From Planctomycetota bacterium (GTDB taxonomy: Bacteria > Planctomycetota > PLA2 > JAEUHO01): a stretch of DNA of 57,132 bases. A program made the translations under genes and the position numbers. The first letter of the stretch is position 1; each line of letters begins with the position of its first letter. The notes under the pieces were generated by a model. That model did not search any database, had not been told where the DNA came from, and saw only the letters and a program-made list of their open reading frames with translations. The stretch covers positions 1-57,132 of the forward strand of contig JBFWRP010000029.1 of NCBI GenBank assembly GCA_050248855.1, given 5' to 3'. Shown here piece after piece: positions 29,844 through 38,504 of the stretch.

Positions 29844-29941
29844 GGTCGCCAGGGCGACGGTAGCGCGCCCGCATCGGCGACGACTCGTGGTCTGTTCACT
29901 CGAGGAGCCGATGCGGGTGCGGGACCGAGCATCTGGCGAGC
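29844..29941 (+). repeat. 98-nt structured intergenic hairpin element, copy 2
   Basis: Homolog of 19296-19393. Confidence 0.9.
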
Positions 29942-30003
29942 CGCCCGTCCGCACCCCAGGGGGTGCACGCATACAAGCGGAGCCACCCCAGCCTGGGGCG
30001 GCC

Positions 30004-30031
30004 TTGACCGCGGAGGCGGCCTCGCTACCGT
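30004..30031 (+). promoter_or_regulatory. Putative sigma70-type promoter of tRNA-Ala
   Basis: TTGACC-N16-TACCGT ending 14 nt before the tRNA. Confidence 0.55.
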
Positions 30032-30045
30032 TCTGGTCCCCGGGT

Positions 30046-30121
30046 GGGGCTGTAGCTCATTTGGTAGAGCGCCTGGTTCGCAATCAGGAGGTAAGGGGTT
30101 CGACTCCCCTCAGCTCCACCA
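30046..30121 (+). tRNA. tRNA-Ala(CGC)
   Basis: 76-nt cloverleaf: GGGGCTG/CAGCTCC acceptor with G3:U70, anticodon loop TT-CGC-AA, GGTTCGA T-loop, encoded CCA. Confidence 0.98.
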
Positions 30122-30149
30122 CCCTTCTGCGCGCGGCTCCCCGCTGGAG

Positions 30150-31532
30150 TCAGTCCTGCCCGGAAGCCTGGGCCGCCAGCGCTTCGAGGAAGGGGAGGGG
30201 TTCGTCGGCCAGGCACTTGAGGATCGTGCCGCCGGCCGTGAAGGCGTGGGTGACGTCGCCGAGGCTCGCGTACCGCTCGAGGGCCGCGCGACCTTCGCCG
30301 CCGCCCACGTAGACGGCCACGCCCGCGGCCTGCAGCGCCTGCAGGGTCGCCACGAGCGCCTCCGTCCCGGCCGCGAACGCCCGGTTCTCGAACTGCCCCA
30401 TGACGCCGTTGTGGAACGCCACGCGGCGCTTGGTGGAGCCCGCCCAGGCCAGGGCCTCGTCGTGGAACAACCGCCTGGTCTTGGGGCCGATGTCGCGCTG
30501 CCACGCGTCGGGCTGGATCTGGTCCGCCACGCGGCCGTCGTCCAGCACGAAGTCCACGGGGAGCACGACGCGCACGCCGCGGTCCTCGGCGGTCGCGAGC
30601 AGCTTGCGCGCCTGTTCGACGGCGGTCGCGGGCACGTAGGCCTTGGCTTCGCGCTGCGCCGGGTCACCGGCCGCCCCGATCGAGACGCGTCGGCCGTCGC
30701 GCTCGGCGGAGGCCTTGAGCAGGGCCATGGCCAGCCCACCGCCCGCGAGGATCAGCTCCACGCGTCCGCGCGCCACGACGCCGTGGAGCTGCTTGAGCTT
30801 GTCCAGCTTCATGCCGGAGAAGCAGACGAGACCCGCCTCCCGCGCGCGTACGACGTGCTCGGCGAGCTCGCGGCGCGAGAACACGCCAAGGGCCACACGC
30901 CCCATCGCCAGCGGCATGGCCGTCGTGGAGAAGTCCTTGTTGCCCGAGGCGATCGCGTCGTTGAGGTAAACCGTTCCGCCCTGCCGCATGGCCGTGGCCA
31001 CGCGTGCGAACTGCGCCGTCAGCTGCCCCAGCTGCTCTTCGGTGGTCGTCCAGAGGCGCCGTTCGAAGTCGTAGCGCCGCACGTTCTCGAGCACGAGGAA
31101 CTGGCCGGGCTTGAGGCTCTCGACCCCTTTGACGGCGATGCCCGTGAGCGTCTCGGCGTGCTCGTCGAACCAGTCGCGGATGAAGGGGCCTGCGCCGGGC
31201 TCGAGGTCACGCAGCCGCTGGTAGACGTACTCCAACGTGCTGTCGGCGTCGCGGCCGCGGTGGCCGAACACCAGCATGCGCCAGCCCTGGCGCCGACCCA
31301 GCTCGAGCGTCTCGTGCAGGCTCTTGAGACGCGGGTCGTCGCCGATCACGCCGTCGACATCGGCCACGTCGAGGTCCGCGCGCACCCACACGGGCGTGCC
31401 CGGCGGCAAGTCGCTCAGCGACTCCGCCGTGGGAATGGCGGCCAAGCGCTCCTCGATGGTGGCGCGCTCCTTGTCGTAGCCCGCGGCCAGGCGCAAGGCG
31501 CGGGCGAACGTGTCGGCATGTAGCTGCGGCAT
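30150..31532 (-). CDS. pgk: Phosphoglycerate kinase family protein (divergent)
   Basis: VRADLDV, GHRGR, LENVR, GGGLA, LPVDF, DIGPKT, NGVMGQFE, VGGGE. Confidence 0.8.
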   Translation of the reverse strand: MPQLHADTFARALRLAAGYDKERATIEERLAAIPTAESLSDLPPGTPVWVRADLDVADVDGVIGDDPRLKSLHETLELGRRQGWRMLVFGHRGRDADSTLEYVYQRLRDLEPGAGPFIRDWFDEHAETLTGIAVKGVESLKPGQFLVLENVRRYDFERRLWTTTEEQLGQLTAQFARVATAMRQGGTVYLNDAIASGNKDFSTTAMPLAMGRVALGVFSRRELAEHVVRAREAGLVCFSGMKLDKLKQLHGVVARGRVELILAGGGLAMALLKASAERDGRRVSIGAAGDPAQREAKAYVPATAVEQARKLLATAEDRGVRVVLPVDFVLDDGRVADQIQPDAWQRDIGPKTRRLFHDEALAWAGSTKRRVAFHNGVMGQFENRAFAAGTEALVATLQALQAAGVAVYVGGGEGRAALERYASLGDVTHAFTAGGTILKCLADEPLPFLEALAAQASGQD

Positions 31533-31670
31533 GGCGTGACTCCGCAGGGGAGGATAGCCGCGGTCGCTCGCCGTTCCCCCAGGAGCCGGCGTGCGTCGAG
31601 CCACGTCCGGGCCCTCCGCCTGTCCGCGGGGGGGCGCGCCCGCCGAGGCGCCCGGGGTAGAGTGCCGGCC

Positions 31671-32534
31671 ATGAGCGTCGAGGACGTCCTGGCCCGCGTG
31701 GCCCGCTTCCGCCAGCCCGATCACGACGACGGCGAGCCCGTCGTGAAGGTGCGCGACCTCGTGGTGCGCTACGACCAGCAGGTCGTGCTCAACGGCATCG
31801 ACATGGACGTCCGGCGCGGCGAGATCGTGACCATCCTCGGCGGGAGCGGCAGCGGGAAGTCGACCCTGCTCCGCGCCATCCTCGGGCTCCTCACGCCGGT
31901 GCGTGGCGACGCCCGCGTGCTCGACGTCGACTTGTCGTCGGCCTCCCCTGCGGAGCGCGATGCCGTCTACCGCAACCTCGGCATGGTCTACCAGGGCGGC
32001 GCGCTCTTCAGCTCGATGACCGTGTTCGACAACGTGGCGCTGCCGCTGCGCGAGCACACGGACCTCGATCCCGAGATCATCCGCATCGCCGTGCGCATGA
32101 AGCTCGGTGTCGTCGGCTTGGCCGGTTTCGAGAACCGCTTCCCGAGCGAGCTGTCCGGTGGCCAGCGCAAGCGCGTAGCGTTCGCGCGCGCGATCGCCGT
32201 GGACCCGCCGCTGCTGTTCGCCGACGAGCCCAGCGCCGGCTTGGACCCGCGCATCGGTCGTGGCTTGGACGACTTGATCCGACGCCTGTGCCGTGCGTTC
32301 AACATGGCCGTCGTCGTCGTGACCCACGAGATGGAGAGCGTGGAAGTCATCGCCGACCGGATCGTGATGCTCGGCGCCCAGCCGGGCGGCGCGAAGGTCC
32401 TCTTCACGGGCACCTACGCCGAGATGCAGGCCTGCCCGGACCCCGAAGTGCAGGCCTTCCTCCAGCGCAAGGCCCTCCAGGAGCCGCGTACCGAGGCCGT
32501 CGAGATCCTGAAGCAGCTCGTGGGTGAAGACTGA
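31671..32534 (+). CDS. mlaF: MlaF/Mkl-like ABC ATP-binding protein
   Basis: GGSGSGKST, QGGALFSSMTVFDNVALPLREH, LSGGQRKRV, DEPSAGLDP. Confidence 0.85.
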   Translation: MSVEDVLARVARFRQPDHDDGEPVVKVRDLVVRYDQQVVLNGIDMDVRRGEIVTILGGSGSGKSTLLRAILGLLTPVRGDARVLDVDLSSASPAERDAVYRNLGMVYQGGALFSSMTVFDNVALPLREHTDLDPEIIRIAVRMKLGVVGLAGFENRFPSELSGGQRKRVAFARAIAVDPPLLFADEPSAGLDPRIGRGLDDLIRRLCRAFNMAVVVVTHEMESVEVIADRIVMLGAQPGGAKVLFTGTYAEMQACPDPEVQAFLQRKALQEPRTEAVEILKQLVGED

Positions 32535-32592
32535 CCGTCGCCGAGGCCGGGTCCCGATTTGACAGGCCCTGACGCGCCTCCACGATGGCGCC

Positions 32593-33012
32593 ATGCCGTA
32601 CGACCCCGTCTTGGTCCAGCCCATGCGTGAAGAGCTCACCCGCCTCGGGGTGGAGGAGCTCGTCGATGCCGATGCCGTGGACGCCTTCATGGACCGCCCC
32701 GGCACCAAGCTGATCGTGGTCAACAGCGTGTGCGGATGCGCGGCGGGCATGGCCCGTCCCGCGGTCACGTTGGCCCTGCGCCACGCCGTGCGCCCCGACC
32801 ACCTCGGTACCGTGTTTGCGGGTCAGGACCTGCAGGCCACCGCCAAGGCGCGCTCTTGGTTCCCCGACGTGCCGCCGAGCAGCCCGTCGATCTTCCTGGT
32901 CAAGGACCAGGAGCTGGTGGCCTTCGTGCCGCGCCATCGCATCGAGAACCGCGATGCGGCCTCGATCGCGTTCGACTTGGTCGAGGCCTTCGACGCGCAC
33001 TGCGCCGCCTGA
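32593..33012 (+). CDS. BrxA/BrxB-family bacilliredoxin
   Basis: PMREELT, VNSVCGCAAG (CGC motif), TVFAGQD, PPSSPS. Confidence 0.93.
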   Translation: MPYDPVLVQPMREELTRLGVEELVDADAVDAFMDRPGTKLIVVNSVCGCAAGMARPAVTLALRHAVRPDHLGTVFAGQDLQATAKARSWFPDVPPSSPSIFLVKDQELVAFVPRHRIENRDAASIAFDLVEAFDAHCAA

Positions 33013-33036
33013 AGTCCAAGGCCGCTTGACGCCAGC

Positions 33037-33330
33037 ATGGGAACGTTCCATCACGACAAGGGCGACCTGCACGGCATCACCGTGGTCGTGGACACGCCCG
33101 GCCCGCTCGTCTACGTGGGACGTTGCGACACGATCACGCCCGAGGGCGTGATCCTGCTCGATGCCGACGTGCACGATGCCTCGTTGCCGGGCTCGGCCGG
33201 AGCGCCCGTCAGCAAGGAGGCGTACCTGAAGCGCGCCGCGGCGTGGGGTGTGTTCAAGCGACACGACCGCGTGGTCGTGCCGCACGCCGACGTCGCGTCC
33301 GTGCGTCGCCTTGGCGAGCTCGCGTCCTGA
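33037..33330 (+). CDS. Small hypothetical protein (possible Sm/SH3-like beta fold)
   Basis: 97 aa, beta-rich, co-directional with the brx gene. Confidence 0.7.
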   Translation: MGTFHHDKGDLHGITVVVDTPGPLVYVGRCDTITPEGVILLDADVHDASLPGSAGAPVSKEAYLKRAAAWGVFKRHDRVVVPHADVASVRRLGELAS

Positions 33331-33339
33331 GACGCAGGC

Positions 33340-35181
33340 TCAGTACGACGCCTTCGAGACGATCGAGTCCAAGACGGTCTGGATGGCCTCGGCTTGCGCC
33401 TCGATCTGCAGCGTGCCTGCCTGGACCACGCCGACGAACGTGCGCACGCCGTCACTTGCCAGTCGGAGCTCGATCCACGGGCTGCGCCGTATGACGTAGG
33501 AATGGCCGTCGAGCCCGGCCACGCGCCCTGGCAGCAGGCGATCCGGCGAGTAGCCCTCCACGAGGTTCTCCAGGAAGTGGGGCAAGCTGCCCCGCGTGAG
33601 GCCCTGTTCGGCGGCCAGCAGCCTGATGCGAGTGCCCTCCGGGCCGTGGATCACGGCGAACTCAGGGGCGCTGTCGACGGCGACCGCTTTCCAACCCAGG
33701 GGCGGCGGTCGTAGTCCCAGTCCCCGGCGCGAGTTCACCGCAACGCATCCCGCCAGGGGATCGAGGGGCGGCACAAGGGACGACGCATCGCCGCGGTCGT
33801 CTGCGAGCTGCGTGAAGGTCGTGGTCTGGAGCGCTTCGACGAACGCGACGAGTCGCTCCGGGGGCACACCGTCCGCTTGCAGGATCTCTTGGCCACGTCG
33901 GCCGATCCAACAGGTTCCGTACTCGTTCTCGAAGACCACGAGCTCGAGCCCGCTGGCGGTCGCCACTGTTCCAGGCAGGGTGCGCTTGCGCACCCGCTCG
34001 ACATCGAGCAGGGCCTCGAACGCCTCTCGCGCGTCCTGTTCGCTGTCGAACGCAACGGCCTGGACGACCACGAGGTCCTTGCCGTGGCGATCGAAGTACG
34101 CGACGCGGCCGCCGTCCCAACCGCTCGCGGCCCGGTGGGCTCGTTCGGCGACGAAAGCGCCGCGGCCCAGTCCCGTGGTGTCCAGACGCCCCTGCTTCTC
34201 CCCAAGGAAGAAGTCGATGTTGAGCGCGAGATCGAGCTCGCCCAGCGAGTGGGCGTACCAAGGCGTCCAGTCGGGACCCAAGGTCGCGGCCAGGTTGTCG
34301 GGCAGCTGCACCCGGCGGGGGAGGTCGCGGCGGTCGGGGTCGAGCCAGCGCTCCGGGTGCAGGAAGTGCTCCTGGGTGGTGGGCGGGTTCGCCCAAAGCG
34401 CGGCCATGCCTTCCGGGAAACCAGCTGCCGAGCCCTGGCCCACGAGCGCGGGCCCCACGCGGTAGTGGAGGAACGTGCCTGCCACCAAGTAGGCCGGCAC
34501 TTCACGCAGGACCTGCTGCTGCGCCTCTACGAGACTCTCGTCGTCCGCACCCTGGGACTCGGACGCGTACGCAACGTGCGGGTACTCCTCTTCGTAGAGC
34601 TGCTGCACGCGCACGGCGCAGCCCTCGAACAGGCAGCGACCGGCGAAGAACCGGTCAGGGTCGTCCTCGTGCCGTTCCTCAAGGCCGTCGAGGTCGAAGT
34701 GCTGATCGTCCAGCGCGTGTGTGAGCTCGTGGACCAATGTCGGCTTCATCGCTTCGCCGACGGGTCCCTCGACCAGGTACAGCTCCCCGCGCTTCGGATC
34801 GTAGAAGCCCGACACGAATCCGCTCGCCAGCTTCATCGCGAGATCGAGCGAAGCCTCGTCCGGAGCGAGGTAACCCAGGCGATGCAGGATGCGATCATCC
34901 CGCTCGCGTTCGTGCGGCGGGTAGTCCTCGTCGATGTCCCTCAGGAGGTACTGCGCCAGCTCCTCGCGCGGGAGGGCGAACGCCGGTACCGGCCGCTTCC
35001 ACTCGAGCCCGCGCAGGCGTGCGACCTCGGGCATCAGCTCGTCGACGAGCGCGCGCACCTCGGCGGTGCGGTTGGGCTTCGGTGCCTCCTCGCCCTCTCC
35101 CCCGTCGGCGCCCACCGTGGCGGGCGTCATGAACAGGGCGAGCAAGACGGCCGCGGGCGCGGCCCAGGCGGGCTTCGACAT
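33340..35181 (-). CDS. Exported putative zinc metallopeptidase (HExxH...E)
   Basis: Signal peptide, GFYDP, HELTHALDDQHF, FEG, GWDGG. Confidence 0.78.
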   Translation of the reverse strand: MSKPAWAAPAAVLLALFMTPATVGADGGEGEEAPKPNRTAEVRALVDELMPEVARLRGLEWKRPVPAFALPREELAQYLLRDIDEDYPPHERERDDRILHRLGYLAPDEASLDLAMKLASGFVSGFYDPKRGELYLVEGPVGEAMKPTLVHELTHALDDQHFDLDGLEERHEDDPDRFFAGRCLFEGCAVRVQQLYEEEYPHVAYASESQGADDESLVEAQQQVLREVPAYLVAGTFLHYRVGPALVGQGSAAGFPEGMAALWANPPTTQEHFLHPERWLDPDRRDLPRRVQLPDNLAATLGPDWTPWYAHSLGELDLALNIDFFLGEKQGRLDTTGLGRGAFVAERAHRAASGWDGGRVAYFDRHGKDLVVVQAVAFDSEQDAREAFEALLDVERVRKRTLPGTVATASGLELVVFENEYGTCWIGRRGQEILQADGVPPERLVAFVEALQTTTFTQLADDRGDASSLVPPLDPLAGCVAVNSRRGLGLRPPPLGWKAVAVDSAPEFAVIHGPEGTRIRLLAAEQGLTRGSLPHFLENLVEGYSPDRLLPGRVAGLDGHSYVIRRSPWIELRLASDGVRTFVGVVQAGTLQIEAQAEAIQTVLDSIVSKASY

Positions 35182-35275
35182 GGAGACCTCATCGGGGGAA
35201 GGGCGCGGCATCGTACGGGACCGAACTGGGCGACACGTACCAGGGTTGTGCTGCCACGATGGGTAGGATGCCCCG

Positions 35276-35827
35276 ATGGCGCTCACGACACCGGACTGGA
35301 TCGTGCTGGCCGTGTGCGGGGTGTTCGCCGTGCGCGGGGCGTTCAAGGGCTTTGCGTGGCAGGCCGTACGCACCGTCGGCCTGATCGGCGCCATCTTGGC
35401 GGCGAACCTCTTCTACGAGCGGTTCGCCGGCTGGTTGGACGCACACTTGCCGATTCCCGACGCGGCCGAGGGCGTCATCGCCTGGGCCCTCATCGCGATC
35501 GGCGTCTTCTTCGTGCTCGGCTTCTTCGCCTACATGGCGCGCGGGCTCGTGCGCAGCGTCAACCTGACCACGCCGGATCGCTTCCTCGGCCTGCTGATGG
35601 GAGCGCTCATGGGGTTCGTCCTCTGCACCGTCGCATTCTCCGTCTATGCGAGCTTCCAGGAGGACGACGAGACGAAGGCCACGTTCGGGGGCTCGAAGGC
35701 CGCGCGCTACATGGCGCAGGTGGTCGGCCTGGCCGAGCCGCTCGCCCCCGAGCCGATCCGCAAGCACTGGATGGGCGTGTTCGGCGCCATCAAGGACGCC
35801 GTCCCCGAGGAGCCGCCCGCACGCTGA
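35276..35827 (+). CDS. cvpA: CvpA family membrane protein
   Basis: DW.....RGAFKGF, DRFLGLLMG, four TMs. Confidence 0.85.
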   Translation: MALTTPDWIVLAVCGVFAVRGAFKGFAWQAVRTVGLIGAILAANLFYERFAGWLDAHLPIPDAAEGVIAWALIAIGVFFVLGFFAYMARGLVRSVNLTTPDRFLGLLMGALMGFVLCTVAFSVYASFQEDDETKATFGGSKAARYMAQVVGLAEPLAPEPIRKHWMGVFGAIKDAVPEEPPAR

Positions 35828-35833
35828 CCCGCG

Positions 35834-36559
35834 TCAGTCGTCTTCGATGACGTCGAAGCCGTCGGCCTCGACGACGCGGGGGCGCACCGGCGGCAACGGC
35901 TCGATGTCGTCGAGGCCGAGGTCCGCAGGCGGCTGCCAGGCCTGGGCGTCGGCGGCGGGATGCTGCGGATCGCTGGACGGGACCTCCGCGGGCGCGGCTG
36001 GGGACGCGGGCGGCATGGGCGAGAGGCCCGTCCGATGCGCCAGCCGCGCGTGGGGGGCCAGAAGCGCGCGGCGCTCGGCGGCGCGGCCGGTCAGGTCGCC
36101 GGGCGTGGGGCTGTCCCCGGCCAACATCTCGGCGAGGAGGTCCACCAGGGCGCGGTCGAAGCGCCGCTGGCCGTCGATGCGCAAGCCCGGCAGCGTGCCG
36201 TCGCACTCCAGCCGCGTCAGCGCGGCATCGCTGGCGAAGAGCCGGCGCGCGGCCTCCCGGGGGTCCAGCAGCTCCTCGTCGGCCAGGGGCAGCTCGCTGC
36301 GGTCGGCCAGGGCGCGGTGCGCATCGGGCGGGGGCGGCGCCAGCCGCGCGCACCAGTAGGTCGCCACGGCCTCCGGGTCGTCCGGCCGCACGCCGGCGGC
36401 CGCGTCGACCCAAGGTGCGGCAAAGCCCAGGCTCCCCTCCACCCAGGCGGCCGGGACCGCGCGCGCGCGGGCCTGGCGCCGCAGCCAAGCGGGGCCCGTC
36501 AAGAGGCGCCGGGAGGTTTCGGGAAGGTCGTAGAGTGGGAGGCCGTCTCGAAGGAACAC
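35834..36559 (-). CDS. Tandem excisionase-like HTH (HTH_17) protein with acidic tail
   Basis: YDLPETSRRL...VPA and LLDPREAARRL...GTLPGLRIDGQRRF. Confidence 0.6.
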   Translation of the reverse strand: MFLRDGLPLYDLPETSRRLLTGPAWLRRQARARAVPAAWVEGSLGFAAPWVDAAAGVRPDDPEAVATYWCARLAPPPPDAHRALADRSELPLADEELLDPREAARRLFASDAALTRLECDGTLPGLRIDGQRRFDRALVDLLAEMLAGDSPTPGDLTGRAAERRALLAPHARLAHRTGLSPMPPASPAAPAEVPSSDPQHPAADAQAWQPPADLGLDDIEPLPPVRPRVVEADGFDVIEDD

Positions 36560-36621
36560 CCCGGCATCCTGACACGGCTTCGCGCCCGGGCGAGGTCGTC
36601 GCCTGCGCCCTGGAGCCTGCC

Positions 36622-37161
36622 GTGCCTGTCGCTTTCCCGTCCCGCGTCCTCCTGGGTGGATCGCTCGTGCTCGTGCTCGCGGGCTGCCAGGGATCGACGC
36701 CCCGTCTTCCGGCCGCGGGGCCCGTCCAACCGACCGTGGCGGGCCGCGCGCCCGTGGGTTGGCAGGACGCGGCGACGGCCCGCGACGCGTTCACGCGCCA
36801 AGCCGCCGACGGCACCGTCACGGCCACCCTGCAGGACGCGTCCTGGCTGCGCTTTGCGGGGCCGCCCGAGGAGGTCGAGCAGCGCTACCGCGCCTACTTC
36901 CTGGAGGGCTATACGACCTTCGACGTGGTCTTGGTCACGGAGGAGCTCGGCAAGCCCACCGAGGAGACCTTCCTGCTCGAGGACAGCGCCGGCCGCCGGG
37001 CCGTGAGCCGCCCCGTGCGCTACGAGGGCCAGATGGGCAGTGGCCGGGGCGGTTTCGCCAGCCAGTTCGAGCTCTCGTTCCAGCACGCGATCACGCAGGA
37101 CACGCGCTGGCTGCGCCTCACGCGCCAGTCCACGGGCACCACCGTGGAGTGGCGGTTCTAG
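36622..37161 (+). CDS. Hypothetical lipoprotein
   Basis: GGAG RBS plus GTG, LAGC lipobox. Confidence 0.7.
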   Translation: MPVAFPSRVLLGGSLVLVLAGCQGSTPRLPAAGPVQPTVAGRAPVGWQDAATARDAFTRQAADGTVTATLQDASWLRFAGPPEEVEQRYRAYFLEGYTTFDVVLVTEELGKPTEETFLLEDSAGRRAVSRPVRYEGQMGSGRGGFASQFELSFQHAITQDTRWLRLTRQSTGTTVEWRF

Positions 37162-37196
37162 CCAGGATTTCCCGTGGGGTACGGAGGGTACGGGGT

Positions 37197-38447
37197 TCAG
37201 ACCCCTCGCGCGTGCGCGCCGAGCGTGCCGCGGGCGACGCGGTCGAGGACTTCGTCGACGCGTCCCCCGGTCGCGATGGGGCGGATGCCCACGGCGCGAA
37301 GCAGCGTGAGCGCACGCGGGGCGAAGTCGGTGGCGACCAGCGCGCGGCAGCCCATGAGCGCTTCCAGGAACCGCGGTGCATGGCCGACGCCGTCGGAGCG
37401 TCGGCCTGGCGCGGCCGGCAGCTCGCGCGTGCCGAGCAGGCGAATCGCAGTCGCGCCGACCGCGTACACATGCAGCACGTGCGCCTGCTGCAACGGTAGG
37501 TCCACGAGCGTGCCGTCGCGCGTGGCGACCGCAACGACCTGTGCGCGGCGCCGCGGCAGGATCGCGCCTTCGCGCGGTGCGTCCTCGTCGGGGTCGGGCA
37601 GCGTGCGCAGGACGTCCACGGCATCGAGCGCGTCGAGGTCCACGTTGCGGAAGCGCGACGGCGCGAGCTGGTCCAGCAGCGGCGTGTCGTCGTCGCGCCC
37701 CACGCGATGCCGCTCCTCGGCGAACGCGTGCGTGGCGATGTCGCGCGCCTCGTCCAGCTCGCCGGCGGTGGGCATCACGCCGCGCAGCGCGGGCACGTCG
37801 CCCTCGGCCGGGCCCACCACGTCCACGCGCTGCGCACCGCCGCGCGCGGCCTGGGCGGCGAGCGCGGCGATCTCCTCGTCGTTCCAGGTCGGCAGCAAGG
37901 TGATGCGCGCGGCCGTGGCGATGGCCTCCCGCCGCGCGATCTCGAAGGCCTTGGCCACTTCGTCCAGGTAGAGCGCGGCGGCTTCGGGCCGTTCGAGCAC
38001 CTCGCCCCGGTGGATGCCGCCGGCGAAGAAGCGCTCGGCCACGCGCTGGCTGGCCGCGTCCAAACGCACCACGAGCCACGCCAGCCCGAAGTCGGCCAGC
38101 TCCTCGGCGTACTCGCCCAGCAGAGGACCGTCGATGACGAGCCCGACGCGCACGTCCGGGTGGTGTTCGCGCAGGAGGGACAGGATCCGCAGGGTGCTCT
38201 CGGCGCTGGCCAGCGGGTCGCCCGGGCCCTCGATCTCCAGCGCCAGGGGGCCCCGGAGGGTGACCCGCGCCGTGGCGACGTAGCGCAGCACGTCGGCCAC
38301 GTCCACGCTGGGGGCCTCGGTGTCGAAGGGTCGGTCCCGGCGCAGGAGCAGCGGTCGTGGGGCCGCCGGCAGGGCGAGTCGCCAGACCGGGAGCAGGGTC
38401 GGGCCCGGGCCTCTGGGCGCGTCGGACGGGGGTTGCGAGTCCTTCAT
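37197..38447 (-). CDS. NifB-like radical-SAM fold + NifX-like domain, lacking Fe-S cysteines
   Basis: RLALPAAPR, GPGDPLA, LLPTWNDEEI, PTAGEL, VAVATRDG, MGCRALV. One Cys in 416 aa. Confidence 0.78.
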   Translation of the reverse strand: MKDSQPPSDAPRGPGPTLLPVWRLALPAAPRPLLLRRDRPFDTEAPSVDVADVLRYVATARVTLRGPLALEIEGPGDPLASAESTLRILSLLREHHPDVRVGLVIDGPLLGEYAEELADFGLAWLVVRLDAASQRVAERFFAGGIHRGEVLERPEAAALYLDEVAKAFEIARREAIATAARITLLPTWNDEEIAALAAQAARGGAQRVDVVGPAEGDVPALRGVMPTAGELDEARDIATHAFAEERHRVGRDDDTPLLDQLAPSRFRNVDLDALDAVDVLRTLPDPDEDAPREGAILPRRRAQVVAVATRDGTLVDLPLQQAHVLHVYAVGATAIRLLGTRELPAAPGRRSDGVGHAPRFLEALMGCRALVATDFAPRALTLLRAVGIRPIATGGRVDEVLDRVARGTLGAHARGV

Positions 38448-38504
38448 GAACGGCGGCGGGGGAGTCTACGCCCCGAAAGCGCGCCGTCCGGTAAACCTGG
38501 GGGG

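Noticed and set aside
30046..30150. tRNA-Ala as an integration site
   Set aside because: No duplicated tRNA 3' end and no integrase seen. The convergent pgk-like gene ends 28 nt downstream.
37197..38447. Evidence for nitrogen fixation
   Set aside because: Catalytic cysteines are absent and there are no other nif genes in the window.
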